Made by a program: the position numbers and the translations under genes | Notes under the pieces: model-generated | What the model saw: the letters and a program-made list of their open reading frames with translations, nothing else | Database searches by the model: none | Told to the model about the DNA's origin: nothing | Shown: one piece after another, positions 1-9,740 of the stretch | How positions within the stretch are numbered: position 1 is the stretch's first letter | How the letters are laid out: every line of letters begins with the position of its first letter | Virus record (IMG/VR): IMGVR_UViG_3300008262_000233 | Source: an uncultured virus (IMG/VR IMGVR_UViG_3300008262_000233) | Taxonomy: Duplodnaviria > Heunggongvirae > Uroviricota > Caudoviricetes | Length of the DNA stretch: 64,000 nucleotides | Reading direction: 5' to 3' (one strand)

Positions 1-12
1 AAAATTTTCCCT

Positions 13-183
13 ATGAATAAAAAATATCAATCTAAAATTGATTACAGTAAGAAATACAATTCCTCTCTATCAACTTTTCAAATATCAAAAGAATTGCATA
101 AGAGAGTTAAGGAGTATTGTCAAGTAAATGGTCTGAAGGTTAGAGATTTCTTGGAGTCTATTCTGGAATCATCAATTAGTTAG
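13..183 (+). CDS. Small ribbon-helix-helix-like DNA-binding protein (56 aa, not in ORF track)
   Basis: Manual translation MNKKYQSKIDYSKKYNSSLSTFQISKELHKRVKEYCQVNGLKVRDFLESILESSIS*; strand-helix-G-helix pattern typical of RHH proteins. Confidence 0.6.
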   Translation: MNKKYQSKIDYSKKYNSSLSTFQISKELHKRVKEYCQVNGLKVRDFLESILESSIS

Positions 184-202
184 TCAATAGGAGATTCATA
201 TA

Positions 203-228
203 AAACATATAACATATTTTAAATATAA
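203..228 (+). promoter_or_regulatory. AAAC-N17-TATAA promoter (class shared by replication/metabolic genes)
   Basis: AAAC 203-206 and TATAA 224-228, 5 nt before the NADAR ATG; same spacing recurs at 1081, 13935, 23942, 34897, 50178. Confidence 0.6.
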
Positions 229-233
229 TTTAT

Positions 234-734
234 ATGATAGAATCATTTACTGGTAGATGGAGATTTCTTTCTAATTTTCACCCTTGTACTATCGAGTTTC
301 AAGGAATTAAATACCCATCTGTTGAACATTACTACGTCGCAATGAAAATTAAAACTGACCAGCAAATTGAAGGTCGTAATATAACCTTAATTGATTGTAG
401 AGAGATGATTTCAAGAATGAAAGATACTGCTAAAGTAAAACAACTTGGTAAAATTTTAAAACTCAGAAAAGATTGGGAATTGATAAAACTAGACACAATG
501 CTTTTTGGTGTTAGAGAAAAATTTAAAGATGAAGATCTAAGGCAAATGTTACTAGATACTGGAGATCAAGAACTTGTTGAGGGTAATAATTGGGGAGATA
601 AATTTTGGGGAGTTAGTGCCGGAGAAGGACAGAATAATCTTGGTAAGATATTAATGAAGGTGAGAAAGGAAATAAGAGATGAAAATATAAAGCCTTCACT
701 TGAGGACTTTCTTTTTTCTAAAGGAAAGTCGTAA
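234..734 (+). CDS. NADAR (YbiA-like) N-glycosidase
   Basis: FLSNF, SVEHYY, KF..LLDTG..LVE..WGD.FWG..GQNNLGKILMKVR motifs. Confidence 0.92.
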   Translation: MIESFTGRWRFLSNFHPCTIEFQGIKYPSVEHYYVAMKIKTDQQIEGRNITLIDCREMISRMKDTAKVKQLGKILKLRKDWELIKLDTMLFGVREKFKDEDLRQMLLDTGDQELVEGNNWGDKFWGVSAGEGQNNLGKILMKVRKEIRDENIKPSLEDFLFSKGKS

Positions 735-1046
735 TTATCTAAATTTAGAAGGATAGATATGTCTCCATTCGTGACCTTGTGGTATATCTTTTGCTCTGAT
801 ACCAAAAATCTTTTTTTCAGGACAAGTGTCCTCACCATCTATATAAAAATTGTTGTTACAAGCCCAAACTTCGATATTTCTACTTAATAACTGACCTTTT
901 TCGAATGGGAATCTGATTCCGCTATCATTCTTTATTGAAACTATTCTACCTCCTAGTGTTTCAACTTCTATTATGAGGCTAGGATTTCTCTTTCCAGTGA
1001 ATGTAGTCTTTTTAGAGTAAGACTCAAATGTTTTTAGATGATTCAT
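735..1046 (-). CDS. Hypothetical protein with CTS-like leader (MNHLKTFES)
   Basis: ORF track; TAATATATA at 1051-1059 on the minus strand. Confidence 0.75.
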   Translation of the reverse strand: MNHLKTFESYSKKTTFTGKRNPSLIIEVETLGGRIVSIKNDSGIRFPFEKGQLLSRNIEVWACNNNFYIDGEDTCPEKKIFGIRAKDIPQGHEWRHIYPSKFR

Positions 1047-1127
1047 AAAGTATATATTATTTAATTAAACTATAACACAGAAACTTTTACTAGGCTTTTG
1101 ATATAATTATAAATAAATCTATTTAAA

Positions 1128-2072
1128 ATGTCGATATTGAGTTACTTTGGAGGCAAGAGTTCCTCTACTTTTATGGAACTTATAAATTCCAAAATACCAA
1201 AAACTGGTATTAAAACTTATGTAGAGCCGTTTAGTGGAAGTTTCGCCACTTTTCTAGATGATGACTCACTAAATTTTGAAACAGTCATTTATAACGATAA
1301 GAATCGACATCAAGTCAATTTGATGAAGTGTTGTTCAAATCCGGTAGAATTTATTCCGTATTTAGAAGAACTTAAATCAACACTTTTACATACTACTGAA
1401 GCAGAACCATTGAAAAAATGGGATTTTTATAAAAAAATTTATAAACAGTATCAAAAAAATGATTTTTTAGATGATATGAATTTTGTAATCGGTGATTTTA
1501 AAAAGGCCGCTATTTATGCATTTTTGATCACATCATCTCACAACTCTGTTTATCCAAGGGGCGGTGGTTTTAATGGATATAAAAAAGACAAGGATCGTCT
1601 TAAACTACAGGGTTTAATTGACAAATTGAATAAAAATAAATATACACAAAAACTTCAATCGATTACTGAGTTTCTGAATATAGACTTTGAAGAATTGATC
1701 CTGAAATATGATTTAGAAGAAACATATCTCTATTTGGATCCACCGTACGCGAGATTTGATAGTGATAAAGGCGAAGATGATGCTAAAAGATTATTCTGGT
1801 ATGGATCAGACGCAGATGGGGTATTCGGTCCGGCTTCTCACAGAAGACTTCTTGAATTGATTAAATCATCAAAAAGTCGATGGTCACTTTCTTACTATTA
1901 TTTTCCACTTCTTGAAGAACTTTTGCCGAAAGATAAATATATCTGGACTGAAAAGGAAGTTTTTAGAAGTTCTGCTCATGGTGGTAATAATTCTAGTAAT
2001 AAAAAAGAACAATCAAAGGGTGTGGAATTGTTAATTCTAAATTATGATCCTAAAACTGGAGAAAAACTATGA
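1128..2072 (+). CDS. Dam-like (D12 class) DNA adenine methyltransferase
   Basis: YFGGKS, EPFSGS, YND and LDPPY motifs in alpha-class order. Confidence 0.9.
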   Translation: MSILSYFGGKSSSTFMELINSKIPKTGIKTYVEPFSGSFATFLDDDSLNFETVIYNDKNRHQVNLMKCCSNPVEFIPYLEELKSTLLHTTEAEPLKKWDFYKKIYKQYQKNDFLDDMNFVIGDFKKAAIYAFLITSSHNSVYPRGGGFNGYKKDKDRLKLQGLIDKLNKNKYTQKLQSITEFLNIDFEELILKYDLEETYLYLDPPYARFDSDKGEDDAKRLFWYGSDADGVFGPASHRRLLELIKSSKSRWSLSYYYFPLLEELLPKDKYIWTEKEVFRSSAHGGNNSSNKKEQSKGVELLILNYDPKTGEKL

Positions 2073-2680
2073 AAGAAAGAAAAAGAGGTCGATTAGGACC
2101 TGTGTATACAACACACGAAGAAGATAAAGCTCTCGTCAAAGAAGCTGTAGATGGTAAACAATCTGCCTATAATACACTTGTTCAGAAGTATAAACCTATT
2201 CTTTTCATTGCAGCAAAGAGAAGGCTTTCATATTACTCAGATGATGATTTAGAAGACATTGTCATGTCGGTTTTGGGTAATTCCTTTGTTAAAATTAAAC
2301 AATATGATCCTACAAGAGCAAAGTTTTTCTGGTGGATCTTAGCTTGTCTACACAATCATATTAGTAGTCTTTATAGAAGAGATAAGTTAGTTAACAAGGA
2401 AAAGACTGTAAATTTGAAAGATGCTGGTAATTTTGCAGTTAATAATGAATTTGACTTTACAGAAGATTATGATAAAGAACAAGTTTCAAAACTCGTAAGA
2501 TTATTAATAGATAAATTACCAGAAGATCACTCAAAAGCTATTACACTTAGATATTTTAAAAACTATACAAACGAACAAATAGCTGAAGAATTAGGATGTA
2601 AGCCAAATGATGTTTGGTATAAATTAAAAAAAGCTAAAGAAACACTTAAAAAGCTTTCTAAAAATGGAAAATTATTTTAA
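2069..2680 (+). CDS. ECF-type sigma-70 factor
   Basis: Region 2 (AYNTLVQKY..EDIV..F.KIKQYD...KF..W) and region 4 HTH (LPE..AITLRYF..YTNEQIAEELG). Confidence 0.88.
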   Translation: MKERKRGRLGPVYTTHEEDKALVKEAVDGKQSAYNTLVQKYKPILFIAAKRRLSYYSDDDLEDIVMSVLGNSFVKIKQYDPTRAKFFWWILACLHNHISSLYRRDKLVNKEKTVNLKDAGNFAVNNEFDFTEDYDKEQVSKLVRLLIDKLPEDHSKAITLRYFKNYTNEQIAEELGCKPNDVWYKLKKAKETLKKLSKNGKLF

Positions 2681-3383
2681 AAATTTAAAAATTTCCGATT
2701 TTAGTTTATTTAAACATTTTACAAATCACAGATTACCACTTAATAACTATCAGACTGGAAAGATACACATAAGTTTATCTAGAGACATAATTCAATCTGA
2801 AGAAATAATTTTAGACAGTTTTTTTGAAAATACTATTCAAAAAATTGAATATCATATTTTAGAAGTACTTTTTTCCAAGTTCAAATCTTCTCTAAGAGAG
2901 GATTTTGTTGATACGAGATTTGATAAAGAATTGAGTTTTCATTTTGAAAGATTCAATTTGAAAAATGTTATTTTAAGCCATAGTCACTTTTTGAAGTTCA
3001 CAGATTTTTTACTTAACTTAAATCTACCAATAACAATAACTAATAATTATCAAGCACCAACATCATCTATTTTTAGTGATTTAGGTAAGTTTCACGGAGT
3101 TGGAATATACTATATAAAACCTAATTTAGATAAAAATATACAAGTCGGAGATTCTGAGTTTTACAGTTTTGATGAAATATATTTTGACATTTGTGATTTT
3201 AATTACTATATTAGTGAAGATTATGTTTCAGATTTAGTTAATTTACAAGTTGGTTTCAAATACTATTTATCTTTGATAAATCCGTGTAAATTTCACTTGA
3301 TTGAAAATGAAAAATCACCAAATTATATAAAATTCACAAGAGAACTAAGAGATAATAAAATTTCTAAAATACTATATGATTAA
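2664..3383 (+). CDS. Hypothetical protein with C-terminal RDNKISKIL tag
   Basis: ORF track; overlaps the sigma gene. Confidence 0.7.
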   Translation: MENYFKNLKISDFSLFKHFTNHRLPLNNYQTGKIHISLSRDIIQSEEIILDSFFENTIQKIEYHILEVLFSKFKSSLREDFVDTRFDKELSFHFERFNLKNVILSHSHFLKFTDFLLNLNLPITITNNYQAPTSSIFSDLGKFHGVGIYYIKPNLDKNIQVGDSEFYSFDEIYFDICDFNYYISEDYVSDLVNLQVGFKYYLSLINPCKFHLIENEKSPNYIKFTRELRDNKISKILYD

Positions 3384-3768
3384 AGATTTAAATAGAATTT
3401 CAAAATTAGGTTATGAGTGTGAGATTCACTGGAATACACACATTCAAATTTATTTCGATTTTTCAAAATTTTCTGATAAATTCTTATTTGACGAGACACT
3501 ATCTGTTTTGACTTGCATGTATGATGAACAATTTTCAAATCATAATTTTGAAAAATATGTAGAAGAGTGTTCACATATTTTCTATACTTGGTATAGTCAA
3601 AATCATGAACTTGTTCAATCGTATATTGACCAGTCCGAATCTTCTTCTAATTATTCGAAATCTGACAAATACTCCTCTAATCGAGAAAAATTGGAAAAAC
3701 TGTGCCTGGGTGATGTCACAAAAGAGGTGATTAGACAAATACAAATTGATGATGTTATTGACTACTGA
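3376..3768 (+). CDS. Hypothetical protein (C-terminal RQIQIDDVI)
   Basis: ORF track; coupled to the upstream ORF. Confidence 0.7.
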   Translation: MIKDLNRISKLGYECEIHWNTHIQIYFDFSKFSDKFLFDETLSVLTCMYDEQFSNHNFEKYVEECSHIFYTWYSQNHELVQSYIDQSESSSNYSKSDKYSSNREKLEKLCLGDVTKEVIRQIQIDDVIDY

Positions 3769-4175
3769 CGAGCTTCTTTGAGAGCCTCAGAGATTATCAT
3801 ATCAATATCAAAATCAATAGAATCACTTTTCATATCAGATTCTAATTCCATAATTGCAATTTTCAAAGTCTCAACAAACTTTCCATAAGATACTGAATCT
3901 TTAATAGATGATATAACATCACTGTTAGCAACTGATTCTCTTAGTGATGCAATTTTATCTTTTAAAAGATCTGGATTGTTATCAAAATCTAATTTATGAG
4001 TTACTTTATTATACTTAATTCTTGGATTACTAATTAATTGTTGACGTTCAGAATTTGGTTTATTTTGTCTCTTGAGCTTTTCAAGTTCTTCCTTTTCAGC
4101 GTCTTTATTAAAGTCTTTGAAATTAACAACTTTTCTATTTATATTAAATGTTGGTTGATTATCTTTATAAGTCAT
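3762..4175 (-). CDS. Hypothetical protein
   Basis: ORF track; TAATATATA at 4196-4204 (minus). Confidence 0.72.
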   Translation of the reverse strand: MTYKDNQPTFNINRKVVNFKDFNKDAEKEELEKLKRQNKPNSERQQLISNPRIKYNKVTHKLDFDNNPDLLKDKIASLRESVANSDVISSIKDSVSYGKFVETLKIAIMELESDMKSDSIDFDIDMIISEALKEARQ

Positions 4176-4201
4176 AATAAGATATTAAATTTTAGTATAT
4201 A

Positions 4202-4903
4202 TTATTTTTTACTGATAGTATTTATTATAGTATTTGTTACAGATCCTGGTATTTCCGTTTTTTCAATTTTAAAATCACTTAAATCTATACCACTTATCAA
4301 ATTTCTAAATTTTCTATCTGTATATGACCATCCGTTAGACTTTATTACAATTTTATCATCTTCTAGTCTTATAGTAGTATCATTTGCAAAATCACTTTTA
4401 CTCGCATAATTTCTTCTTTTAATTTCTTTGAATACCTGAGTGATTTTAGTAACTGATTGATCTACTTCGGTATCTAATAATATAAAAAGATAGATAGCAG
4501 GCCTATATGAAACTGAACCAGTGTTTATATGTAAAAAACAATTATCATATCTTTGTGATATTTGTCCTAGTTCTCTAAAAATTGTAAATATTTTCTTGTC
4601 ACTAATTAAACTTCTTTTTCCAAACCCAGTTGGTAATTCTAAATTTCCTTCAAGTTGTTGTATTGGAACTTCGATACAAAAACAATATTTATCATCATTG
4701 TATATTGGTTTGTTGTGTATGATACTAAAAACTTTGTCACCGGGTTGTGCCCTATCGATTGCTTGCTTACTAAAATATCCTTTGTGTATTTCAAAATTTA
4801 TTAACTCATCTCTTAGGTCAAGTAAAATATCATTAAGTTCACTCTCATCATCTTCATGAGACTCACGTATCAACTCTATGAATTTTAAAATTTTGTTTTT
4901 CAT
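4202..4903 (-). CDS. Hypothetical protein with CTS-like leader (MKNKILKFIELIRES)
   Basis: ORF track; coupled to 4900..5589. Confidence 0.75.
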   Translation of the reverse strand: MKNKILKFIELIRESHEDDESELNDILLDLRDELINFEIHKGYFSKQAIDRAQPGDKVFSIIHNKPIYNDDKYCFCIEVPIQQLEGNLELPTGFGKRSLISDKKIFTIFRELGQISQRYDNCFLHINTGSVSYRPAIYLFILLDTEVDQSVTKITQVFKEIKRRNYASKSDFANDTTIRLEDDKIVIKSNGWSYTDRKFRNLISGIDLSDFKIEKTEIPGSVTNTIINTISKK

Positions 4904-5589
4904 TTTAGCTTTTTATCTAGTATTCTAGCAATATTTGATCCTATTGTGAAGTGTATGTTTCTTAACGTATCAGATTCTACTGTCTCAATGTCATCCATAA
5001 ATTTGAACTGGTATCTATATGAATCATTTTTTTCATCATCACTTGCTCTGTCAATTTTGTAAATTGAAACATCGAATTTATAATTGTTATTCACATCCAC
5101 TTCAAAATCAAATGTTGTTTTATCACAAGGAGTAGTTTTGAACTTTGGTTCATACTTTACATCGAAAATAGAATAGTCTGTAATTTTTGCTCTCCTCATA
5201 TAATAATTTAAGAACATAGCAGGGGCTTCAATAAAGTCGGAAAGAATCTGAATGTCTTCTCCAAAGTCATTAGACTCAATTATGTCTTCAATCTTGTTTT
5301 TCATATCAACTATATTGTTAAAATCTACTTTTCTATAATTACAGTTAATATCATAGAGATAGATAAAAGAGTTATCAAGTAATTTTCTCTTTTCCAAATC
5401 TGTTTTAAATATGAATTTTGTATGTATAATTAAAGTATCTTCAATTGAAAGTCCGTGGATTGAAATTACAAGTTTATAGAATTCACCACCGGGTGATTTT
5501 TCCCAAGTTGTTTCAACAGATTGTACGAGACCATTTTCTTCACTAAAAATATCTTTAAATGTTTGTTCTATTTCAGCAATTCTTATCAT
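4900..5589 (-). CDS. Hypothetical protein
   Basis: 229 aa ORF in a minus-strand operon. Confidence 0.75.
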   Translation of the reverse strand: MIRIAEIEQTFKDIFSEENGLVQSVETTWEKSPGGEFYKLVISIHGLSIEDTLIIHTKFIFKTDLEKRKLLDNSFIYLYDINCNYRKVDFNNIVDMKNKIEDIIESNDFGEDIQILSDFIEAPAMFLNYYMRRAKITDYSIFDVKYEPKFKTTPCDKTTFDFEVDVNNNYKFDVSIYKIDRASDDEKNDSYRYQFKFMDDIETVESDTLRNIHFTIGSNIARILDKKLK

Positions 5590-5590
5590 T

Positions 5591-6355
5591 TTATTTGTTA
5601 AATTGATTGTCGTAAGACGTTTTTTTCATCTCCATAACTTTTTCTACGTATCCATTTCTTCTTAATAGTTTAAAAATTAAGTTACCAGTTGATAGTTCAC
5701 CACCTTCCTCAAGACCCGATTGTCTTGATTTTTTTATTTTTTTCCAAATTGAGTCTAATTTTTTTTCAATCACTGGATATTCATCCTCTTCAATTTTAGA
5801 TTTGATCTCGTCAACTACATCCATAATTGCGCCAGCTTTTTTGATAATCGTTTTCTCATCTGGGACAAATTCTGATTTTTCTGGTTTTTTCAACCATTTA
5901 TTTTTCATTACTGAGAAAGCACCACCCATTCTGTTTGTTTTAATACTTTCTTTGAAATCTTTTTCATCTTGAATGGCAACTTCTACTTCGAATCCTTTTA
6001 AGAAAATGTCGTGGTCTAGATTCCACTTTTTCTTCGCATAGTCACAAAATTTCTCAACTAATTCTAAATTCTCATCAATATCTTTGTAATTGACAATAAT
6101 ATGTAAGTCGTAATCAGAGTATTTATTACTCCAGTTATAGTTACAAAGTGATCCACAAAAAACAATATCCTTAACTTCACAATCTACCTCTACTGAATCA
6201 AAGAAATCTTTACCAATTTGTAGAAGATTCTCTCTAACTTCTTTGTCTAGATTTAAATCATCCCACAATTTAGGACATAGGTTATCTTTAAGATAAAATG
6301 ATTTAATTGGTTCTAGATCTTTCTTATTGAATTCAAAGAACTTTTGCAGGATCAT
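5591..6355 (-). CDS. Pol-beta-fold nucleotidyltransferase with CTS-like leader
   Basis: GS..NYNW...SDYDLHI (GS-x-DxD) motif and downstream VEV; TAATATATA at 6376-6384 (minus). Confidence 0.82.
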   Translation of the reverse strand: MILQKFFEFNKKDLEPIKSFYLKDNLCPKLWDDLNLDKEVRENLLQIGKDFFDSVEVDCEVKDIVFCGSLCNYNWSNKYSDYDLHIIVNYKDIDENLELVEKFCDYAKKKWNLDHDIFLKGFEVEVAIQDEKDFKESIKTNRMGGAFSVMKNKWLKKPEKSEFVPDEKTIIKKAGAIMDVVDEIKSKIEEDEYPVIEKKLDSIWKKIKKSRQSGLEEGGELSTGNLIFKLLRRNGYVEKVMEMKKTSYDNQFNK

Positions 6356-6432
6356 TAATGCAGTCTATTTTTTTATATATATTAAAATCTCTAGATTATT
6401 TTGAAAAGATTAGTAAAAACAAAAGCTAAAAA

Positions 6433-7743
6433 GTGAATTATAATAAAGAAATGAGTAGATTGGTTAACTTAAATAGTGTTGATGATAAAATTTTAGACGA
6501 GATATTCAAAGATGATATTATCATTTATGAAGATGTTCAAGGTTCTAAAATTTGGGTTAACTCAGACTCTTCTGGGTTTACAATAAAACCGAAGTCTATT
6601 TCAAACGAACCTATCAACATGGTTGATCTTGCTATGCAAAATTATTATAATTCTGCGGTAAGATATTTTAATACATTTGATAGCAGAATAAAGGGTCTAA
6701 TGCCTAAAAATTGGTGGTTTTGTTTTGAGTATTTTCCAGATAATCAGCCTGCAAATATTGAGTATAATAGACTTCCAAAAAATTCACTAGTACTCGCTTC
6801 TATTTGCAAAGGGGGTAAATATGAATATTCAATTGATGAACTAAGAGAATACTCAAGATTGTTTGGTGTAGATTGCCTTCCTGTAATATTTGAGGGTAAA
6901 TTAAGTGACACGATGAAAGAGGCAATTAAATACTTTCTGAATACTTCTGAGAAGGATTTAGAGTATGTATTTGGTGAGAAATCTTTTGCATTCTTCTTCT
7001 ACAAAATATTAAATCCTCAAGTTGAGGGGTCTTTTTTGATGGATAGTGACTTTCAAAAAAACTTACAGAAAATAGTTATACAAACGTCTAGTAGTAAGTC
7101 AAATTTTGAAATTTTGAATCCACTCTATCAGAGAATCTCAAATGAGAACTCTACTGAGTTTGTGGAGGTATATACACTAATATTAGTTAGTTTTCTTAAT
7201 TTCTGCCAAGGTGTAAATATTGATGATTTAAAAATCAAAGGTCAAAAAAGAGATGAGGCTTACATATATCTAATTTGTAAATTGTTTAATATGTATGTTG
7301 ATGAGGTAAAAGACGATCTTCTTAATTTTGACTTCACTATACCTCAGTTTTTTGATAAAGAAAAGTTCAAAATAAATAAAGAACTAATATCAAATAAGTT
7401 AACCAAAGAAATTATAACCGAATCTGATAAGTTAGAATATATTTTTAAAGTACTTCTTGGATCACTTTCCAAAAAAAGAAAGAAACCTATTGGTGTATTT
7501 ACAGACAGAACTTTAATTTTATTTAACTCTTTTATTGAAAAAATTGATAGAATACTTGACTTATACTTAAATAAGTTAAGAGAAATCGATATTACCAGAG
7601 GTGGACTTTTAGACTTTGGAGACTTCTTCGATTTAAAATTTGACAGAGATGGTTCTGGTCAGGTTTACCCAGATGTCTATGATACATTTGAAAAAGAACC
7701 AACAAGTGTAGAAAAGAAAAAAGGTAAATTTTATCCAAAGTAA
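6433..7743 (+). CDS. RNA ligase (Rnl2)-like protein lacking the catalytic lysine; likely start ATG 6451
   Basis: YEDVQGSKI in place of E-K-x-D/H-G-x-N; FCFEY (motif III-like); LPVIFEG. Confidence 0.5.
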   Translation: MNYNKEMSRLVNLNSVDDKILDEIFKDDIIIYEDVQGSKIWVNSDSSGFTIKPKSISNEPINMVDLAMQNYYNSAVRYFNTFDSRIKGLMPKNWWFCFEYFPDNQPANIEYNRLPKNSLVLASICKGGKYEYSIDELREYSRLFGVDCLPVIFEGKLSDTMKEAIKYFLNTSEKDLEYVFGEKSFAFFFYKILNPQVEGSFLMDSDFQKNLQKIVIQTSSSKSNFEILNPLYQRISNENSTEFVEVYTLILVSFLNFCQGVNIDDLKIKGQKRDEAYIYLICKLFNMYVDEVKDDLLNFDFTIPQFFDKEKFKINKELISNKLTKEIITESDKLEYIFKVLLGSLSKKRKKPIGVFTDRTLILFNSFIEKIDRILDLYLNKLREIDITRGGLLDFGDFFDLKFDRDGSGQVYPDVYDTFEKEPTSVEKKKGKFYPK

Positions 7744-7790
7744 ATTTTAAAAAAGATTAATCTATTTTATCATGTCAGAGTATAATTGAT

Positions 7791-9029
7791 ATGATTTTAG
7801 AAAAGAAAATTTGCCTATCAAGTAGAATGCTGAAAGTCTCACCAAGACACAAAAAGCAAGCATTGCAATTTTTACCAGATTGTCTACTTGAGATTTCAAA
7901 ACAAAAATACTTCAATTACAAAGAGCAGAAACTCAAATCTGCCTATCTTATCGACCTTGTTCACAATCTGATTTTAAAATATTACTTTAAGAAAGAAAAT
8001 TCATTCTCTCTTTCTGCTATGATATTAAAAGATAAATATGGATACCTTTATAACTATTATATTAATTACTTAAAGGATTTAAATATTATTAAACTTCAAA
8101 AAAATTATTTAAAAGGATCTAACGCAAGAGTCTATTCTTTGAATGATGATATACTTATAAATAAAATTCACAGATTCAATAATGAGGATAAAGTTTTGAT
8201 AAAAAAGTATATTACAAAACACTTACAGTTTGAGCTTGATAAAAATAATATAATCAAAAAGTACATAAAAGAGAAACTAATAGAACATCTATTTCATGTT
8301 GAGATTGATTATTCTCGTTCAATATTTTTTCTAGACTCTTTAAAGAATGATGATATAGATATATACAATCGAAATAAGTACTCTGTTGAGACAATTAATC
8401 AAAAGAATATATTTTACCATTTTGACTCATACGGTAGAATGCACACAAATTTTACAATATTAAAGTCATTTATAAGAAAAAATTGTCTTCTTATTGATGG
8501 GGAAGAAACTTGTGAGATTGATATTAAAAATAGTCAACCGCTATTTTTATCTAAATTGATAAAAGATGCTGACTCTAGATGGATTGACGAAAATGAGTTC
8601 AATTTGTTTAATATACTTGTTAAAAACGGTAATTTTTATCAATATTTGATTGATAATTTGAATCTCGTAAGTAAAGAGGATGCAAAAAATTTAACATATA
8701 AAGTTCTTTTTGGTCAAAATAGACCGAACTCTAAATCCGATATTAACTTTATCAAGTTATTTCCAACAATTCATAATTTTATAAAAATATACAAAAAAGA
8801 AAAGAAAGATTATAAAATATTAGCTCATGATCTACAAAAAGCTGAGTCTAATTTAATTTTTAATCAGATAATTAAAAAGATATCAGATGAAAATCCAGAT
8901 ATAAGAGTAATCACGGTACACGATTCTATAATTGTTCAAAAAAAATGGAAAGATTTAGTATCGACTATCTTTTTTGATGAGATTTATAATCATTTTAGTA
9001 TAACTTCTAATCAAGAAATCAATATATAA
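7791..9029 (+). CDS. Minimal family A / T7-RNAP-superfamily polymerase-like protein
   Basis: DSYGRMH, motif A EIDIKNSQP, motif B AKNLTYKVLFG, motif C TVHDSI; no exonuclease domain. Confidence 0.7.
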   Translation: MILEKKICLSSRMLKVSPRHKKQALQFLPDCLLEISKQKYFNYKEQKLKSAYLIDLVHNLILKYYFKKENSFSLSAMILKDKYGYLYNYYINYLKDLNIIKLQKNYLKGSNARVYSLNDDILINKIHRFNNEDKVLIKKYITKHLQFELDKNNIIKKYIKEKLIEHLFHVEIDYSRSIFFLDSLKNDDIDIYNRNKYSVETINQKNIFYHFDSYGRMHTNFTILKSFIRKNCLLIDGEETCEIDIKNSQPLFLSKLIKDADSRWIDENEFNLFNILVKNGNFYQYLIDNLNLVSKEDAKNLTYKVLFGQNRPNSKSDINFIKLFPTIHNFIKIYKKEKKDYKILAHDLQKAESNLIFNQIIKKISDENPDIRVITVHDSIIVQKKWKDLVSTIFFDEIYNHFSITSNQEINI

Positions 9030-9032
9030 ATT

Positions 9033-9191
9033 ATGAACACATACTTTCTAAAAATAAATGAAAGTGACAAAGAAAGTCTCTTAAAATGTCAAAGTGAAAG
9101 CTATGAAGAGGCTTGTGAATATTTTTCTTCGATCAAAAAACTAGATATAAAAGATCTTCTTGAAATTTATGTTGTGGTTAGTGGCAATTAA
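9033..9191 (+). CDS. Small hypothetical protein (52 aa, not in ORF track)
   Basis: Manual translation MNTYFLKINESDKESLLKCQSESYEEACEYFSSIKKLDIKDLLEIYVVVSGN*; fills the gap; AATATATA directly upstream. Confidence 0.65.
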   Translation: MNTYFLKINESDKESLLKCQSESYEEACEYFSSIKKLDIKDLLEIYVVVSGN

Positions 9192-9203
9192 TATATAATT
9201 AAT

Positions 9204-9740
9204 ATGCTAGACCTTAGAAATTCTGAACTTTCTTATATTTTAGTGTCAGCTTCTAATCTCAGAAGCTTAAGTTCTTATTTGTATTCGAAGGACTATTATC
9301 TAGTTGAAATAAAAGGATACTATGAAGGTATTTTTGAAGATTCTGTATTAGCTTTTACTAATCTTGAACCATCTGATTTAAAAGAAGACTGTAAAAATAT
9401 AATGAATTTTTTTGATCAAGATTGTGTTATTGTAAAATATAAAAATCAAAACAACGCTTTTAAGATTTTCAGTGATGGTCAAGAAAAACCTCTTGGAATT
9501 CTTTTGTATAATACAGATTCTAAAAACAAGTCTTATATTCATGATGGACTTTCTTTTTCATTTGTTGAACAACAATTATATTATTTTCCAAAAGAGAAAT
9601 CAGACTTTAAAGAAGGTATGGTTGTAGAATTTTTGAATAATAATAAATGGGTAGAAAAAAAGGTAGTTGATCCAGTAAATGAGTTTGAAAAGATTTATAA
9701 ACTCTTAATTAAATACAATAAGATTAGAATACCTGTTTAA
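9204..9740 (+). CDS. Hypothetical protein
   Basis: ORF track; TAATATATA at 9189-9197. Confidence 0.75.
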   Translation: MLDLRNSELSYILVSASNLRSLSSYLYSKDYYLVEIKGYYEGIFEDSVLAFTNLEPSDLKEDCKNIMNFFDQDCVIVKYKNQNNAFKIFSDGQEKPLGILLYNTDSKNKSYIHDGLSFSFVEQQLYYFPKEKSDFKEGMVVEFLNNNKWVEKKVVDPVNEFEKIYKLLIKYNKIRIPV

